A DNA stretch of 64,000 nucleotides, taken from assembly GCA_009103225.1 (NCBI GenBank), contig RHPI01001737.1, positions 1 through 64,000 on the forward strand. The letters are read 5' to 3'. The DNA is from Chlorokybus atmophyticus (Eukaryota > Plantae > Mesostigma and Chlorokybus algae). The stretch's first letter is position 1. Each line of letters starts with the position of its first letter. Positions 12,964 through 26,246 of the stretch are shown piece after piece. Below the pieces are notes generated by a model. That model searched no databases. It saw only the letters and a program-made list of their open reading frames with translations, and was not told the DNA's origin. The position numbers were made by a program, and so were the translations under genes.

Positions 12964-13254
12964 CATGCAATCCTAGGAGCTACTTTTATAAGTGCGTGGG
13001 TGCATAGCGTGACTGCATGGTTGCTTGAGTGTGTGGTAGCTGCTTGCTTGCTGACTATGGTGGGGGCCTAGTTGGCCGTGCATCCACAAGCACGATCGAT
13101 GGAAGGCGTGATGCCGCAGACGGACTGAAAGCCAGTGGAGAGACAAGCCGTTGGGGCCCACCACCAATGGCAGCTAGTGATCCAGAAGTGTCGTGGGAAA
13201 GTGCGCGAGCTATGGCCCACGGCCCTAGGGTTGAGTCCCACTTTAGATGACCAT

Positions 13255-16200
13255 GTCATATATGCCATGTAAACTTTGACCGGCAACATGACTGTGTATT
13301 TGGGGCTGACAAACACAATTGCCATTGTGAGATTGAGAGATAAGCAGCATTTTCAAGCGGGCTCTTCAGCATAGGCCACACCGTTGGAATTGATATGGTG
13401 CGAGAGGGGCTGGACACCTGGGTCTCCCCGCTGGAGAAGGTCTCTTGCATACCGTATGTAGACGACCTGGCATGGCGCAAAGCAGCACGCCTCAAGGAGA
13501 AATTTTGGATTAACGCATTGTCCTCGTATGTACTGCGTGGTTTGAATCAAGAAGACTGTCCAAGCATGCACGCACTGCATACAGCAGGGCCAAGGTTGCA
13601 GTGTTAGCACGTGCAATAACATGCAGAATGCCACAGCATACTCTGATTGTACGCGTGTTTGCATATGGAGACTATGGTTGTTGTCTTAGGTACTTCATCG
13701 CAATTCCGATGCCCTGACTACCATTGAACTATGTATGACGGCCGTCGACGAAAGGCCGAATTGTCGCCTAGAGTCAGCTCATGTAACGATTATTACCTGC
13801 CCGTGTATAGTCACTTACGGCAGACTGCCACCGTGGCCTGCTGTTTGCAACGCCGACCTCAGGCGGACTCACAGTTGACTATAGTTATGCATGGGCGATC
13901 AATGGTGACCGACAAGTATATGAAGGTTATCTAAAAATGCAGTGGTTTAGCTACGCTAACTTATGGTGACGGAGCGGTGATGGATGGCGACCTGAGAAGT
14001 AGGTCAGATGGCTCGAAGGCGACACATTGTAACAGCGTAGTACCCTTATGCTACCTGAAAATGTTATTAAGAATTTATCCACTGATGGACTGAAGGTAAC
14101 AACGGGGTACCTGGAGTTTAACTATTCAAGCCTTCAATTGGCGAGCAGGTGGTTGATGGTGACTGACCGTTAACTGTCACATACCTGAATGAGCGGCGCA
14201 GTTTGCGGTTAGTCTACAATTGGCAATGTATTAGGCAGCAGCTAGGTTCCTGGATTAGGACCACAGCTGAGTGGCTTGCATCACAACAAGGGAAGATGCA
14301 AATTGCTTGCATGTGCAAGCGCATTGGTAGGATGGCTACGGCAAGGCGCCCTAGAGCGCAACATTTGCTGCATAATATACTACATTGTACTACAGTATGT
14401 ACAGGTTCACTCAATGTCTTGGGGCGGCAGTCCTGTGAGCGCTAGCCTGACCGTCTTGGGATTGCACTGACTATGGGATTGTGTACGCTGAGTGTTTGTG
14501 TCCAATATGGATTTCCCGACATCACGCCACTGTCAACCACATGACATCAACATCAACAGAACGTAGTACCATGCAATGGTACTCGTAGTTAAGCTGCTAT
14601 TACGGCAGTGCCGCCAGCGGGAAATGTAGTACCATGGCAAGGGTACATCCGTACCATTACAATGCCGCTCGCCTGCCTGCTTGTCAACTCCGCTCAGCGA
14701 AGCGGAGCTGACAGGTGACAGAGTGCTGCTGTCGTACCGCACGCCTGCTTGTCATTTCTTACAAACGGCGCGGGACTGATGGTGTACGATGTCACCCATG
14801 GATGCTGCAGATGGACGGCCAGCAGTGCTCGGGTACCGTGCCAATGAATGCTGGAAACTGTAGACAAGCCCAAGTCACTTGCTATAACGCCACTCTATTT
14901 GCTGTTGCAATAAGTACGCAAGAAGACTGTCGTCTACTCAGGCACCTAACCTCATAGTCGGGCGGGCTCAGGCACCCTCAGGTAGCTTGGTCACTGGACC
15001 GTTACGCCGGCTGTTTTGCGATGTTGCAGGCTCGTATGCAAGCTGGCATGTTCCTGCTAGCTGACTTCAAGTTGTTTGCCTATATTCCGCGGCATCTGAA
15101 AGGTGTGCTCGGTTTACTCAATAGGACAACCCTGCCAGTGCTGCTCTTGAACGATGCCAAAGCAGCAGCATTGCTAGAATGCGGTGCAGCTGTACCCACC
15201 AGCACGAGTACCAATTGCAAATTGCAGATTTTTGGTGAGAGCTTCTTTTGAATGTGAACTGATTGACCAATCTAACCTGCAAGCATACCTAGCTTTAGAT
15301 GCAGTTCAAGCAGCAATGCCCGCACTATTACAACGTCAATGGCTGGACCCAATGGTGGCTTAGATATGTTAAGAAGCTTTAGGCACGGCGTGCATCAACA
15401 GAACTGCTCTCGTTATTAAAACTACAGTGGCGTTGCAGAACTCAATGCTAGGGGGGTTCTGTGCATGTAGTTGCCCAGAGTTTTGTTAGTATGTTCACCC
15501 AGCTATTGGGCATGTGCTCATATGTGCCAATAGCGTGACGCTGTCACCAACATTCTCCGCTTTGTTGTCATGTGGCATTTAGTTTTGTGCCCCTGGTATT
15601 GCACTCGTGGTAGGTTGCCGTAGCAGAAGTAACCAAGGGAGTACGAGCATTTGCTGAAGATTTAAGAGCACGCAGACATCAACCGGAATTGATGGCACCA
15701 TGGGCAATAGCACTTGCAGCAATGCCGCACAGAGCAGGCCGAAGGGAGTTGCGTGTGAATCCCAATGTGCTGCCTGTGCCTTATACATCGTTTAATGCAG
15801 ACACAAATCGTCCAACAGATGTGCATTAGTGTATGGTAAGTATCACAGGTGCATGAGTGTGCGGGCACTCTGGTCATAGTGTGTAAAGCGTACTACCCAT
15901 TTTGCTTGCGGGCATAATTAGCTTCTGCGACGTATGCCTTGTGTGATGTGACAATGCAGAATGTGGTGGCCAGCCATCATGCTCACAATCAGCAGCATGG
16001 CGCATTTACAATTATACAGGGAGACGTTGCACATGTGCCGCATTTATACATGTCGTTGAAGTCGCATAAAGATCCACCAAAGCCACCTTTTATTGCAGCT
16101 GCATTTGCCACTACACTTGCAAATGCATTTACTTGGCGAATGCGCATGTATAAAGCTATGACAGAGGCAGCTGGTTGGTTGGGGAGCGAGGCTCTAAAGG

Positions 16201-17250
16201 AGCCTTTTTAATGCTGGAGTATGAAGGACTTCTTCGCGGGCTAGACTGCGCAACTACATCAACAGCTCACGAACATCACAGCAAATGCATGAGCACTTGG
16301 CCTTGCAGTCCTGAGATTGCACGACGTACACCAACCTAGCACACAAGGATTTGATGCTTCGTATGCAAGGTTTTTTGGGCAAGGTCTTTGCTTGTGTGTT
16401 GAGGCGTGATAAGGAAACACGCTTGTATATTAACATCCGAATTGGTAATGTGACACATACTTGAGTGAGAGGCACCGTGGTAAGAAAGGGTGTGACCTGA
16501 GTGTTTACAGTTGCAGAGGTGCAAGCCATGTTGCTGTTTCTAATTAACAATGTGTTTATGCAAACGGCACAAATTCAATTGCACCGACAAGTGATTGGCA
16601 TTCAGTGGGCAACAGTGTGGGTGTTTACATTGCAAACTATGATCTGTTGACTTAGGAATTAGACTTTATGGACAGGTTATGGTGTCCAGCAAAAGACAGC
16701 TAGCACTCCAGTTTGCACGCCATGTTCCATGGTACACTGATAACGTATTGGTGGTTGATTTACCAAAGTCTTTGACTTGCATGTATCTGAGTCCGCATGT
16801 GTGCCAGTGGGGGTAATTATACCCACATCATATGTTGACGTTATTGCAGTCAGCGCAGGGTGTTCGCATCCCATTCTTAGATTTGTCGCTATTGCAGACA
16901 GTTCAGGTTGGCCGCCCGTGTGTACAACAAGGTCAACACAGCGCCTTTTCAGGTTCATTCCCAAATGCAAAGCCCCCCATTCGGATAGCAACTTTGCAAC
17001 ATCAGCTAAGTTGGGGATAGTTGTGTCACAATGTATGAGGTTTGTCCGCATTTGTACTTTACATGAGCATTTTTTGGATGCCATGGTGCAGCTCCTGCGT
17101 GACATGCAGCGTGATTGGTATGCCATGATGCCCATGTTGGCTAAGTTGAGTGGGAAAATGTTTCGTATGTAAGCCCAGGTGTACGGGGGTGATTACAGAA
17201 GATTGTACGCGCAAGTGGCGAGGAGGTCCATGGCTCCTCATGGAAGGTAC
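13255..17250 (+). mobile_element. Degenerate Penelope-like retroelement with N-terminal GIY-YIG endonuclease, CxC linker and C-terminal RT (Chlamys-type order)
   Basis: GIY-YIG relic VIYAM*..VYLGLTN..R..QH and WINAL..RGLNQE (13255-13560); CACSCPEFC*YVHPAIGHV (15460-15516); VIVCKAYY (~15885); RT motifs LY..KSHKDPPKPPFIAA (~16045), FLINNVF..RQVIGI/GNSVGVYIANY (~16540-16640), YTDNVLV (~16733), HSDSNF..KLGIVVSQCMRFVRIC (~16978-17055). Many stops and frameshifts; ends not defined. Confidence 0.8.
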
Positions 17251-18440
17251 TTGATCAGCACGGCACAGGTAAGTGAGGTGAGTGCCACTATTCATAGTGT
17301 GGGAGCAGTACAACTGCCCGCACCGCATCTATGTGTCTATGTCTGGTCCATTTGCTGGTAACTTGGATGTTAATGTTGTTGGTGTGGTGGTGTGGTAGGT
17401 GTGGTTGGTGTGGCGGGTGGTTGTTATGGTACTGTGTGAGGACCTATGGTGAGGTGCTGGTGCTGGTGCTGATGCTGACTGGTGCTGACTGGTGCTAACT
17501 GTGTGCTCATGCCTGCATAAGTGCGTGGACTCATTTGCGGGCTGAACTCGTAACAGTGTCATAACGGTGTCCGTTCATTTAATGCCTGCGAGAGCTATCT
17601 GTGCAGAAGGACCGCAAGCGTTTTGCCGTGGATCAATCATATCACTACGGTGGTGGCGCTTTTGGCCGCTCACAGCACATCATTGCACTACCATCCTCGC
17701 CCCACCTCGCCTTAATTTACTGCTGTAGCTGTGCCGTGCTGCTGCCTGCTAGGCCTGCTGAGGAAGATTTCTCTCCAAACGCTAGCCTTCTTGTTCAGGT
17801 CGCTTGTGCTACTTGCTGCCGTGTGCCAGACCCTGCCTCGCCTACCCGCCTTGCATTGCATATAGGTTGCAAGCACATAGGTTAGCTAGTGGCCCCAGCA
17901 TATTTTCATTGTAACCTGCGGGTGTTGCTGCCTGCGTATGCTTGGTGAGCTTGCATTGTGCAATGTGCACTTCCTTGCATCCTACTAAAATGCATATACG
18001 ACATGAAAACACAGCATTCGTTAAGCATGCACATGTCAAAAATAATAACAGTCAAGTGTACGGATCTTCATGTGCAGCATTGGAGCAAATGCGACAACTT
18101 ACCTTGGTAGCTCCTTGAAGTTTTTGTCTTGTGCATGGTTGCCTTGAAATATGGTTCATGGAGGGTGGTTGGGGGCTTGAAACCGGTGGAAGCGTATCAT
18201 GCGCACCGTGCATGCGCACTTCATGCACAGCCCTCACCGTGGCGAAGATGCAGTCGTCCGATGCGCTATATCCACATCCACAGACGTGCATCTGACGGCG
18301 CGCTGCCTGTGGGATCTCGAGATCCCGACAAGAAACCCTGAATGCGGAACCCCGTCACCTAACAGACAATGCGTGTCATTTGGCCAAATCAAAAAATAAT
18401 ATCACTGCGAGCGGTGCGGATATCTGTTCATCAACGTAGC

Positions 18441-18452
18441 CGACTGGCGTCA
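18441..18452. promoter_or_regulatory. Candidate cis-element CGACTGGCGTCA upstream of PSB27
   Basis: Identical to the 12-mer upstream of GSA. Confidence 0.3.
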
Positions 18453-18592
18453 ATGGCGCTACGTCGGTTAAAGCCTGCGAGCTTAGCGGTCAACAGCTAA
18501 TCTCACGTCCTTCTACGGCACATTGCTGTGGACGACGTTGTGGGCGTTGTAGGTGACGGCGTCGTTGAGGCTTTGAGTTGGGTTAATCTGTC

Positions 18593-19954
18593 ATGGCAAC
18601 CTCCGTGGCGTCCTCAGCGGCCGTAAGCTTGTCGTCAGCTTCGGCTCTGCGCGGCGGAACGCCGGTGAAGCAGCAGAAGCGTGTGGCGGTAAGGCCCGCT
18701 GCCGCCGCCGCCGCCGTCAGGGCGTCGTTGGGCGCGCCGGAAAGTGGGGTGGAGGTGTCCAGGCGCGAGGCGCTGGTATCTTTTGTCACCACCTCCGCCG
18801 CCTTGCTCGTCGCCGCCCCCGCCTTCGCCGAGGATGTGCAGGAGAAGTATGCCCGGGAGACTAAGGACGTCATTGGCATGGTGAGTCTGGGTGCAAGTCA
18901 GTTTAGGGGATTTTTTTTCGCAAGTCTTGTGTACGTGCTTGCGTGTGTGCTCACACAGCTCCAGCTGTCTGCGATCGCACGTTCTTCCCCATTGTTCAGC
19001 AAGACACGTGCACGCTCTGCGAAGCTCCGTTAGTTGCTCGTGGTCGACCAGAAGCCGTCATGTGCAGTGGCTGACTTGAGCACCAGTAGTATGCGTTGTG
19101 CGCTTTCTTAAAACCAGTGAACGCAACAAGCATTGGTGTTGTCAGCTTCATGCATGTTGCCTTGAACGCAGTACACCACAACCTTTTCTGGCTTCAGAGA
19201 AGAACTCAGTTTTGTCTCAACAGCATATCCACATAAAACATATAAGCAGTGTAGGGCAATTCCAGCAATTATGTTCGTGTCGAGGCAGGGTGTCAGCGCA
19301 TTGGCCCTGTCTTTTGGTCGCAGTCGCTTGCCTGATGTGTGCAAAACCTGCGTTGCTCTGTCGTTATGCATCGAGCCATGCACAATGCAAACACAGATGC
19401 AACGATAAAGAGTGCATTGATGACCTCATGCACAAAGTATGCGACACTGTACAACCCACGTCCATGGTCACGTCACCTGACCACTGTGTACTCGAGACAT
19501 GCCTCTGACTGCACTGCACAAGTTGCAATTCCTGCTGTTGCAGTGTTGACAGCGGCACCACTTCGTTGTATCAGGTGCGCACAGCGTTGAGCTATCCCAA
19601 GGGTGCTCCAGAGATTGAGACTGCTGTGGATCAGCTGCGCAAAACTACAAATGACTGGGTTGCCCGTTACAGGTGTGTATCTTGGTCATCTTCCTTGTGA
19701 TCCATACACTGCTTTTGTTGTCCAACATGCATGGAAGACATACGCTGTTTGCCCATGCGTGTATGCCCATGCTATGTAGGCGGGAGGACAGGGTTGCGGG
19801 GCGCACAAGCTACAGCAACGTGTACACTGCTCTGAATGCGCTGGCCGGTCACTACAACAGCTTTGGCCCAACATACCCGTTGCCTGCCAAGCGCAAGGAG
19901 CGCGTTCTCAAGGAGATGGACATTGCTGAGACCGCTCTTGGCAAGGGCCGGTAA
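18593..19954 (+). CDS. PSB27: Photosystem II assembly/repair protein Psb27, thylakoid lumen (exons 18593-18880, 19575-19672, 19780-19954; 186 aa)
   Basis: Bipartite transit peptide with twin-Arg SRREAL and AFA cleavage site; mature part YARETKDVI...NDWVARYRR...YTALNALAGHYNSFGPTYPLPAKRKERVLKEMDIAE..L.KGR. Confidence 0.92.
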
Positions 19955-20337
19955 AGAGTGCGCAGATACCCATGTTTCAAAGTTTTGCCCCCTGGTTATT
20001 AGTTCATTCTGGGCGACAGCAGTGTAGTTGCAGACTGTTGAGATATGTACCCTTACATTGGTTGACCAGTGTTTATATATACAAACAGCCTGTGCTGGTA
20101 CCCTTGTGCTTGCCATTGAGGTGAGGCGTACCACAAATGCCAATATTTCAGCAGGAATGTGTGCACACTGACAGCGCGCATGTCCTGTACACTCCTGCAC
20201 TACAGGATGCAGTCATTGCTGAGTTTGAGATTGAGTTTGACTGTTTGCGCACACGTCAAGAAGCAATGGCAATGTCATGCACAATCGATGGCAACGCTAG
20301 GCTATATCTGCAGTCTGTCGCAGCAGCGCTACTGTTA

Positions 20338-23300
20338 TCATGATGTTGCCACTGCCTTGAGCACAATGGACGAGTAGCTCATCATGGGGTATAGATTTTC
20401 CGCGATCATGGATTCATACTGGGAATGGGCCACGTCTCTGTGCTCCACATCGTCCCCCATGAAGTCATACGGTGCAACTTTGCCTGTATCTACAACTGGA
20501 ACCCACCTGCGACCAGCAGGGTTCGGTATTGCGACCACCACGGGCAGGTGGCTGGCGTTGAATGCAATGTACAGGTCGTCGCCGCCCAACTCCCAGGCGC
20601 CCTATCAGCAAGCTATCATCAGTATAGTGCACATACTCAACTCATGAATCCACTCGCAGTCAATAGCACATTAAACTGCTGCTACCAGAGCGCATACTCA
20701 CGCAGCACATGCTTGTACAGCAGGCCTTAGCAAGCCTTAGCATGGACCTGCATGCTTGAGTTGAACGACAATGAGCCAAGTACGTACCAACTTGAGAGCA
20801 ACAAAGCGACTGGATTCCGACCAGTCGGGGTTGCCTGGTGTAAGACCGTGCCAACTTAGCCTTGATGCGTTTGGGAATTCCGGCAACCGCAGCACAGGGT
20901 GTTGTCTGTCACAACCGAAGGCATCATGGCAGGCAACAAAACAATTTACCATCAATGGCTTCACAAGGGAGCTTACTTCCGAAACTCAATCATCTGTGTG
21001 AAAAAACGCTGAAAGCCAGTTGACTCCTTCTCCAACTTGTCCCAGCGAAACCAGTTGACCTGGGAAATACAAGCAATTGAAAGCTGCACCAAATTACTGT
21101 GTACTGAGTGCTTCTCCACTCCAGACATTCCTACCTCGCTGTCATGGCAGTACGTGTTATTGTTTCCACCTTTGGTATGTCCGTATTCATCACCCATCTG
21201 GATCATGGGCACTCCCTGCCAAAAAGTGCCATCATGTGAGAAGCTGGTCGTAGACATCCAAAGTACAATTGACGCCTGCATCAACTGTCTTGCCTGTGAT
21301 ATCATCATGGCCACCACAAAGTTTCGCATCTGTCTCCGACGCAACCGTTGCACTTTGTCTGGCACAAACTCGCCCTCCTGTTATTTACACAACATATTCA
21401 AAACCAGACGGGTCAACCACAATCCGATGCTTTAAGATCAACAGTACATAGCTGGGCACAATATTGCAAGGGGGCATGCATGATTGGTTAACAACGTGTG
21501 TTCAGAGATGAGTTTCTAGCGATTGAAGGCTGCAAGCACCGTCACAGGGAGAGACTACATGGGGAGCATGGCACTGGCAACAACCTACCGCCCCACAGTT
21601 CCAGCTCAAGTTATGGTTTTCTCCATCCATGTTGTTTTCACCATTGCTGAGGTTGTGCTTGTCATTGTATGAAACCAGGTCGTACAATGAGAATCCATCA
21701 TGGGCGGTTATAAAGTTGATAGAACTCCTTGGCCGCCCACCAGACTCCTGTTATTGAGTGCCTTGTCAGTCATTCGTCACAGCAATGATCACAGGAAAAA
21801 GCTTTTCCAACATGCAAAGCACCTCTCACACCTGGTAGAGATCTGGTGAGCCGCACAACCGTGCTGCGAACTCGCCAGCAACACCATCTGTTCCTTTGAC
21901 GAAGTTTCGCACCGCGTCACGAAACTGCACATCAATGTTGCAAGTCAGTTTATTACGGGCAAAGGTACATCTACAACAAATCTAAAGAAGTTTGTTGGAG
22001 TCAAGTGCTGCACAAAGAAATCACAGCGAAGCTGTGTCTGCAAAGCATACCTTGCCATTCCATTCGGACCACTGACCCCAACGCGGAAACGAGCCAACTT
22101 GATACAAGCCTCCAGCATCCCAGGCTTCTGCTATCAACTGCAAGACAACAGAAGTGCATAGAGCTTACGACAGATGCAGCTTACAGAGTATTCAGAATGC
22201 ACAGATATATACCTTGGTGCTGCGCAGAATGCCATCCGAACCGATCAACTCTATGAGCGGAGCGGGATCCAGAGGTGTGCCGGTGAGTATTGAGTTTGGG
22301 TTGAGTATCAAGTCTGGCTCCACGCCCTCTTCATCCTCCGTTGCTGGTTCAGGGGGCACCCCGTACGCTGTCCCTTCTTCCCATAAGCTGCGCCCAGTCA
22401 GCCACAGCGTCAGTCTTCAGACGCATCAGCACTGCGAATACAAGTGGCAGCTCACCTGCTTGCTCTGGTGAGGATTGAAGCCAGATCAAAGCGGAAGCCG
22501 TCCACATGCATCTCCGTCACCCAGTACCTAAGCAAAATGCAGAGAAGGACTCTCAATATGTTGACGATTGTCCAATGGGCAACAATGCATAAACAAGCAC
22601 AAGGCACTCACCGCAGGCAGTCTATGATGAAGCGTCGCACAACAGGATGGTTGCAATTGAAAGTGTTTCCGCACCCGGAGTAGTTGTAAAATTGACCCTG
22701 CAACAGAAGTTTGAAAAGACAAGACGAAGATGGAAATAACATGGGATTGTTGTGAACCTGCGGCACTCACCTCAGGGGCAAGCATGTAGTAAGTGCGATT
22801 ATCCAGTCCACGAAACGACAATGTTGGTCCGTTCTCATTGCCCTCACCAGTGTGGTTGAACACAACGTCCAGGATGACCTACACAAAATGAAACTGCACT
22901 GGTTCTTTGCAAGCACAGGCATCGTGTTTGCCGGCAGCACAAAGTATCTCCAAGCAGCGGCAATGTGTGCGATGCTGCATGCAGTTCCCACATGCATAGA
23001 AGTGCAATGTGCACCTCAATCCCCTGTTTATGGCATTCCTTGACAAGCTGCTTGAACTCCCTTATGACCCCTCTCCCGCACTCGGTGTCGCTCTTGTCAG
23101 CGCACGCATACCGGCTCATTGGTGAGAAAAAGTTGACAGAGGAATACCCCCAATAGTTAACCCTGCACAGCCACATATAAACACTCCAGGAATGCGCCAC
23201 GTGCATGCACAGCTAAGCCCATGCGTACCTGAACCCTCTGGTCACTGGGTTCCTGCTATAGTACTCTAGTTCATTAAACTCGTGTATTGGCAACAGTTCG

Positions 23301-25083
23301 ATGGCTGTGACGCCAAGAGCCTGCAAACGATAGAGATTTCCACCTGGCAGCACGTGCATATGTTAAACAACCAAGCAGCTACCTTGAGATGCGGCAGCTT
23401 GTCGACAATGCCGGCATACGTGCCAGCGGCAGGGGTGTTTGACGACTTGTGTCGAGTGAAGCCACGCACATGCATCTCGTAAATTACGGTGTCGTCCATT
23501 GGTCGGTGCAATGGCGCATCACCTTCCCAGTCAAACTGGTAACACATGGTATGAGACTAGGCATGTTCTGGAAACCAACAAATAGATACACAACTGAAGG
23601 CTTTTCACCTCGTCATCTGGATGTGGCACTGCACCTGCGAACTGAGGCCAACAATTTCCATCTGCTTTGGGCTTGCCATAGTCCCATCTGCTTACTACAG
23701 CCTGTCCAGCATATAACCATGGTTGCTTACACATAAGAACATAAGAAGCGGTACAATGCAGCACCCACCTTCGCATAGGGATCAAGGACAATCTTCATAG
23801 GGTCATAGCGATCAGCAGGAGTGTCTTCGGAGTTCGTGGGGCCGGACACTCTGTATCCGTATAGTAGGTCGTGCGTCAATAATGGCAGCATCATGTGCCA
23901 TACGTCACCGGCGCAGTTTCTATACCGATCCATTGGTATTTCTGCAGTGACTTTGCCCTGCAGCACGATGCGCACGTAGTTGACGCACAATCACACTCCA
24001 CTAGGATGGAACAGCACATGACCTGTTCAACAACTAAGTCTGCATTATCACCAACAACATAAGGCGCAACGGTGCTGCTTGCAAATTGCATGCACATGCT
24101 GTCAAGGCCACATCAATGCAACAATGCACCTGCTGGAGATCCTCTTCCGTAAACAGGCATAGAGACACTGCTGTGGCGCCACCGGCATAGATTGCAAAAT
24201 TCACACCACCATTGACAAGTGTAGCGCCAAGTGGCGACGCCTTGCCTCGCTGCGGCATGCGGTACAACTTGTCCAAACCACTGCCATAGTTGGGCTTTGG
24301 CTTTGCTACCTGCACCGTCAGAATGCATATATGTCCTATACTACCAGAAATTCAAAGAGTCATAATCTAAAGCATGGAAATCTTAATGCTGGTTCAGATT
24401 TGACTGCTGCTGTACTTCAGCATCAATGGTTCCAAAAAGCTCATGTTCCTGTATCATGAGATCAACGTTCTACATTGCACGTGGTGCTGTAATCACATCA
24501 GGTTGGACTGCAGCTGTACGCAATCAGCTGCATTGACCACCATAGCAGCTGTAAGCTTAGCAGTCAAAAAGTGACTTCAAGCGTGCACGCACACAGCACA
24601 TCACGTTGAAAACAATGGCTCAAGCAGAGAACTCTCAGGCAATTTCAACACAATGCGCCGCAGATTGACATGATGAGCTGCACTTGCAGCCGTGTATGGC
24701 GTGAATGTGTGCAGTGCCAACAATGCATACATGCACATTGCGCTGGAGATTGACAAGATGGAGTGCACTCAAAGCGTTGATATGCGCGCATGGCTTGAAT
24801 GTGTGCATTGCCAACTGCATGTATGTACATTCGCATGTCACATTCACACCTCCGGCGCTGTGGCAACAGCTTGGGCCAACACTGGCATTGGGCCACGGAA
24901 GGACAGCATGCGTGCGTGGCTGCGCCGGCCGGCGCCGGCGGCAGCGGCGGCGACATTTCCACAGCCATAACGATGTCGCCGGTGAGCAGCGCCAAGACCC
25001 CTAGCCCCAGCCTCAGCAACATTGACGGGCACGGCGACGGCGGCGCCCAGGACTGCCGTCGTCGTCGCCCCGCCCACCAGCAT
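20338..25083 (-). CDS. ISA1: Isoamylase 1 (GH13 starch-debranching enzyme), plastid-targeted, multi-exon
   Basis: Transit-peptide exon 25083-~24851; [57 protein letters not shown], catalytic [10 protein letters not shown] and [48 protein letters not shown]; stop 20338-20340. Not all exon borders were resolved. Confidence 0.93.
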
Positions 25084-26246
25084 GTTTACTCTGCGACCAG
25101 GCTGCTACTCTGCCGGCCCCTGCTAGCCAGCCCTTCTAACAACCACCATGAACGGCGACACCGACGACGACGACCATGACAACACGCACAGGAAGCTAAT
25201 GCTGATTAAGTTGTCAAACCCTAGAAGCGTGGCCTAGTGTTGCAGTGTGTGACTCCGCCTCCGCCAGTGCCAGCATCACCACTGACTCCGCGGAGAATGC
25301 CGTCAGTCCTTCAGCGCCAGCTGGCAGGTTACATGCTGCTCAACTTTGTTTCGCTGACTCGGGCTTCTTTGTCCCTTCGGGCGCGGATGGTAGCGACCCC
25401 GTCGTCGTCGCTACGGTAGCGGATAGGTGTCCGGTGGTTGCTTGATCAGAGCTTTTCGATGTTTTCGCACTTTCGCTGCGCACTGTGATTAGCCACTTTT
25501 ACTTTTCGCGTCTTTCGCGCAGCGGAAAAGAACAGAGCTTCTTGGCTTGGAAGATACCTTTTTCGGTAGGTTACCCGACCTACGGCCACAGAACATCGCC
25601 TGCAATAAAGTTCAATGCGCTTTTGTGACAAAATTTGTTGTGCCACGTCTTCGTGGCTTTGGCGAGAATGATGGTTGACAACCAGAATAGGCCACGTCAT
25701 AATATATGGACCGTAATACCGACAGAAAGAAAGAAGATTGTTCACGACGGCATCAAGACATATTGGTTACATAGTATGTACACAAAAGCACAAGTGCATT
25801 CATTTGCCATATTCGAAGATGGAGGAAAACCTATGAGAGTGTGGGAAAATGCTTTATTGTTGTTACCATGCATAATGATAGCAAGCAAAACGGTTCTCTC
25901 TGTTTATACACTTGCAATTGTTGAGTGCATGTGTGCGTGCACAAACATATGCGAAAACTCTACATGGTAATATCATCATTACATCTGACAAATGTGCAGA
26001 TTCAACTTAGCTATCCACGTTTCTAATCAAACGATTCATCTTTGCACGAAGGAACATCTTATGCATACAAGTTTCCTTCGCAACGCGTGCATCACAATGA
26101 CTCTGCATACAATCGGTCGAAATTGTTTCGCAACTTGCACAGCAATATTACATACTACTTTGAGTATAAGAAAGGCATGAAGTGCCTGAGCGCTGCAACC
26201 GTTCACATTAGCACTCATGTACCCTGTATACTGACATGGCATAATG

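Noticed and set aside
13725-13775. Hammerhead-ribozyme-like string TATGAC-GGCC...GGCC-GAAT in the Penelope-like element
   Set aside because: The core CUGANGA and GAAA boxes are both mismatched and stems I and III are not evident.
25446-25745. 99-aa minus-strand ORF between ISA1 and CSA
   Set aside because: No recognisable motif beyond a single CxxC, composition unlike the real genes here, and no splice or homology support.
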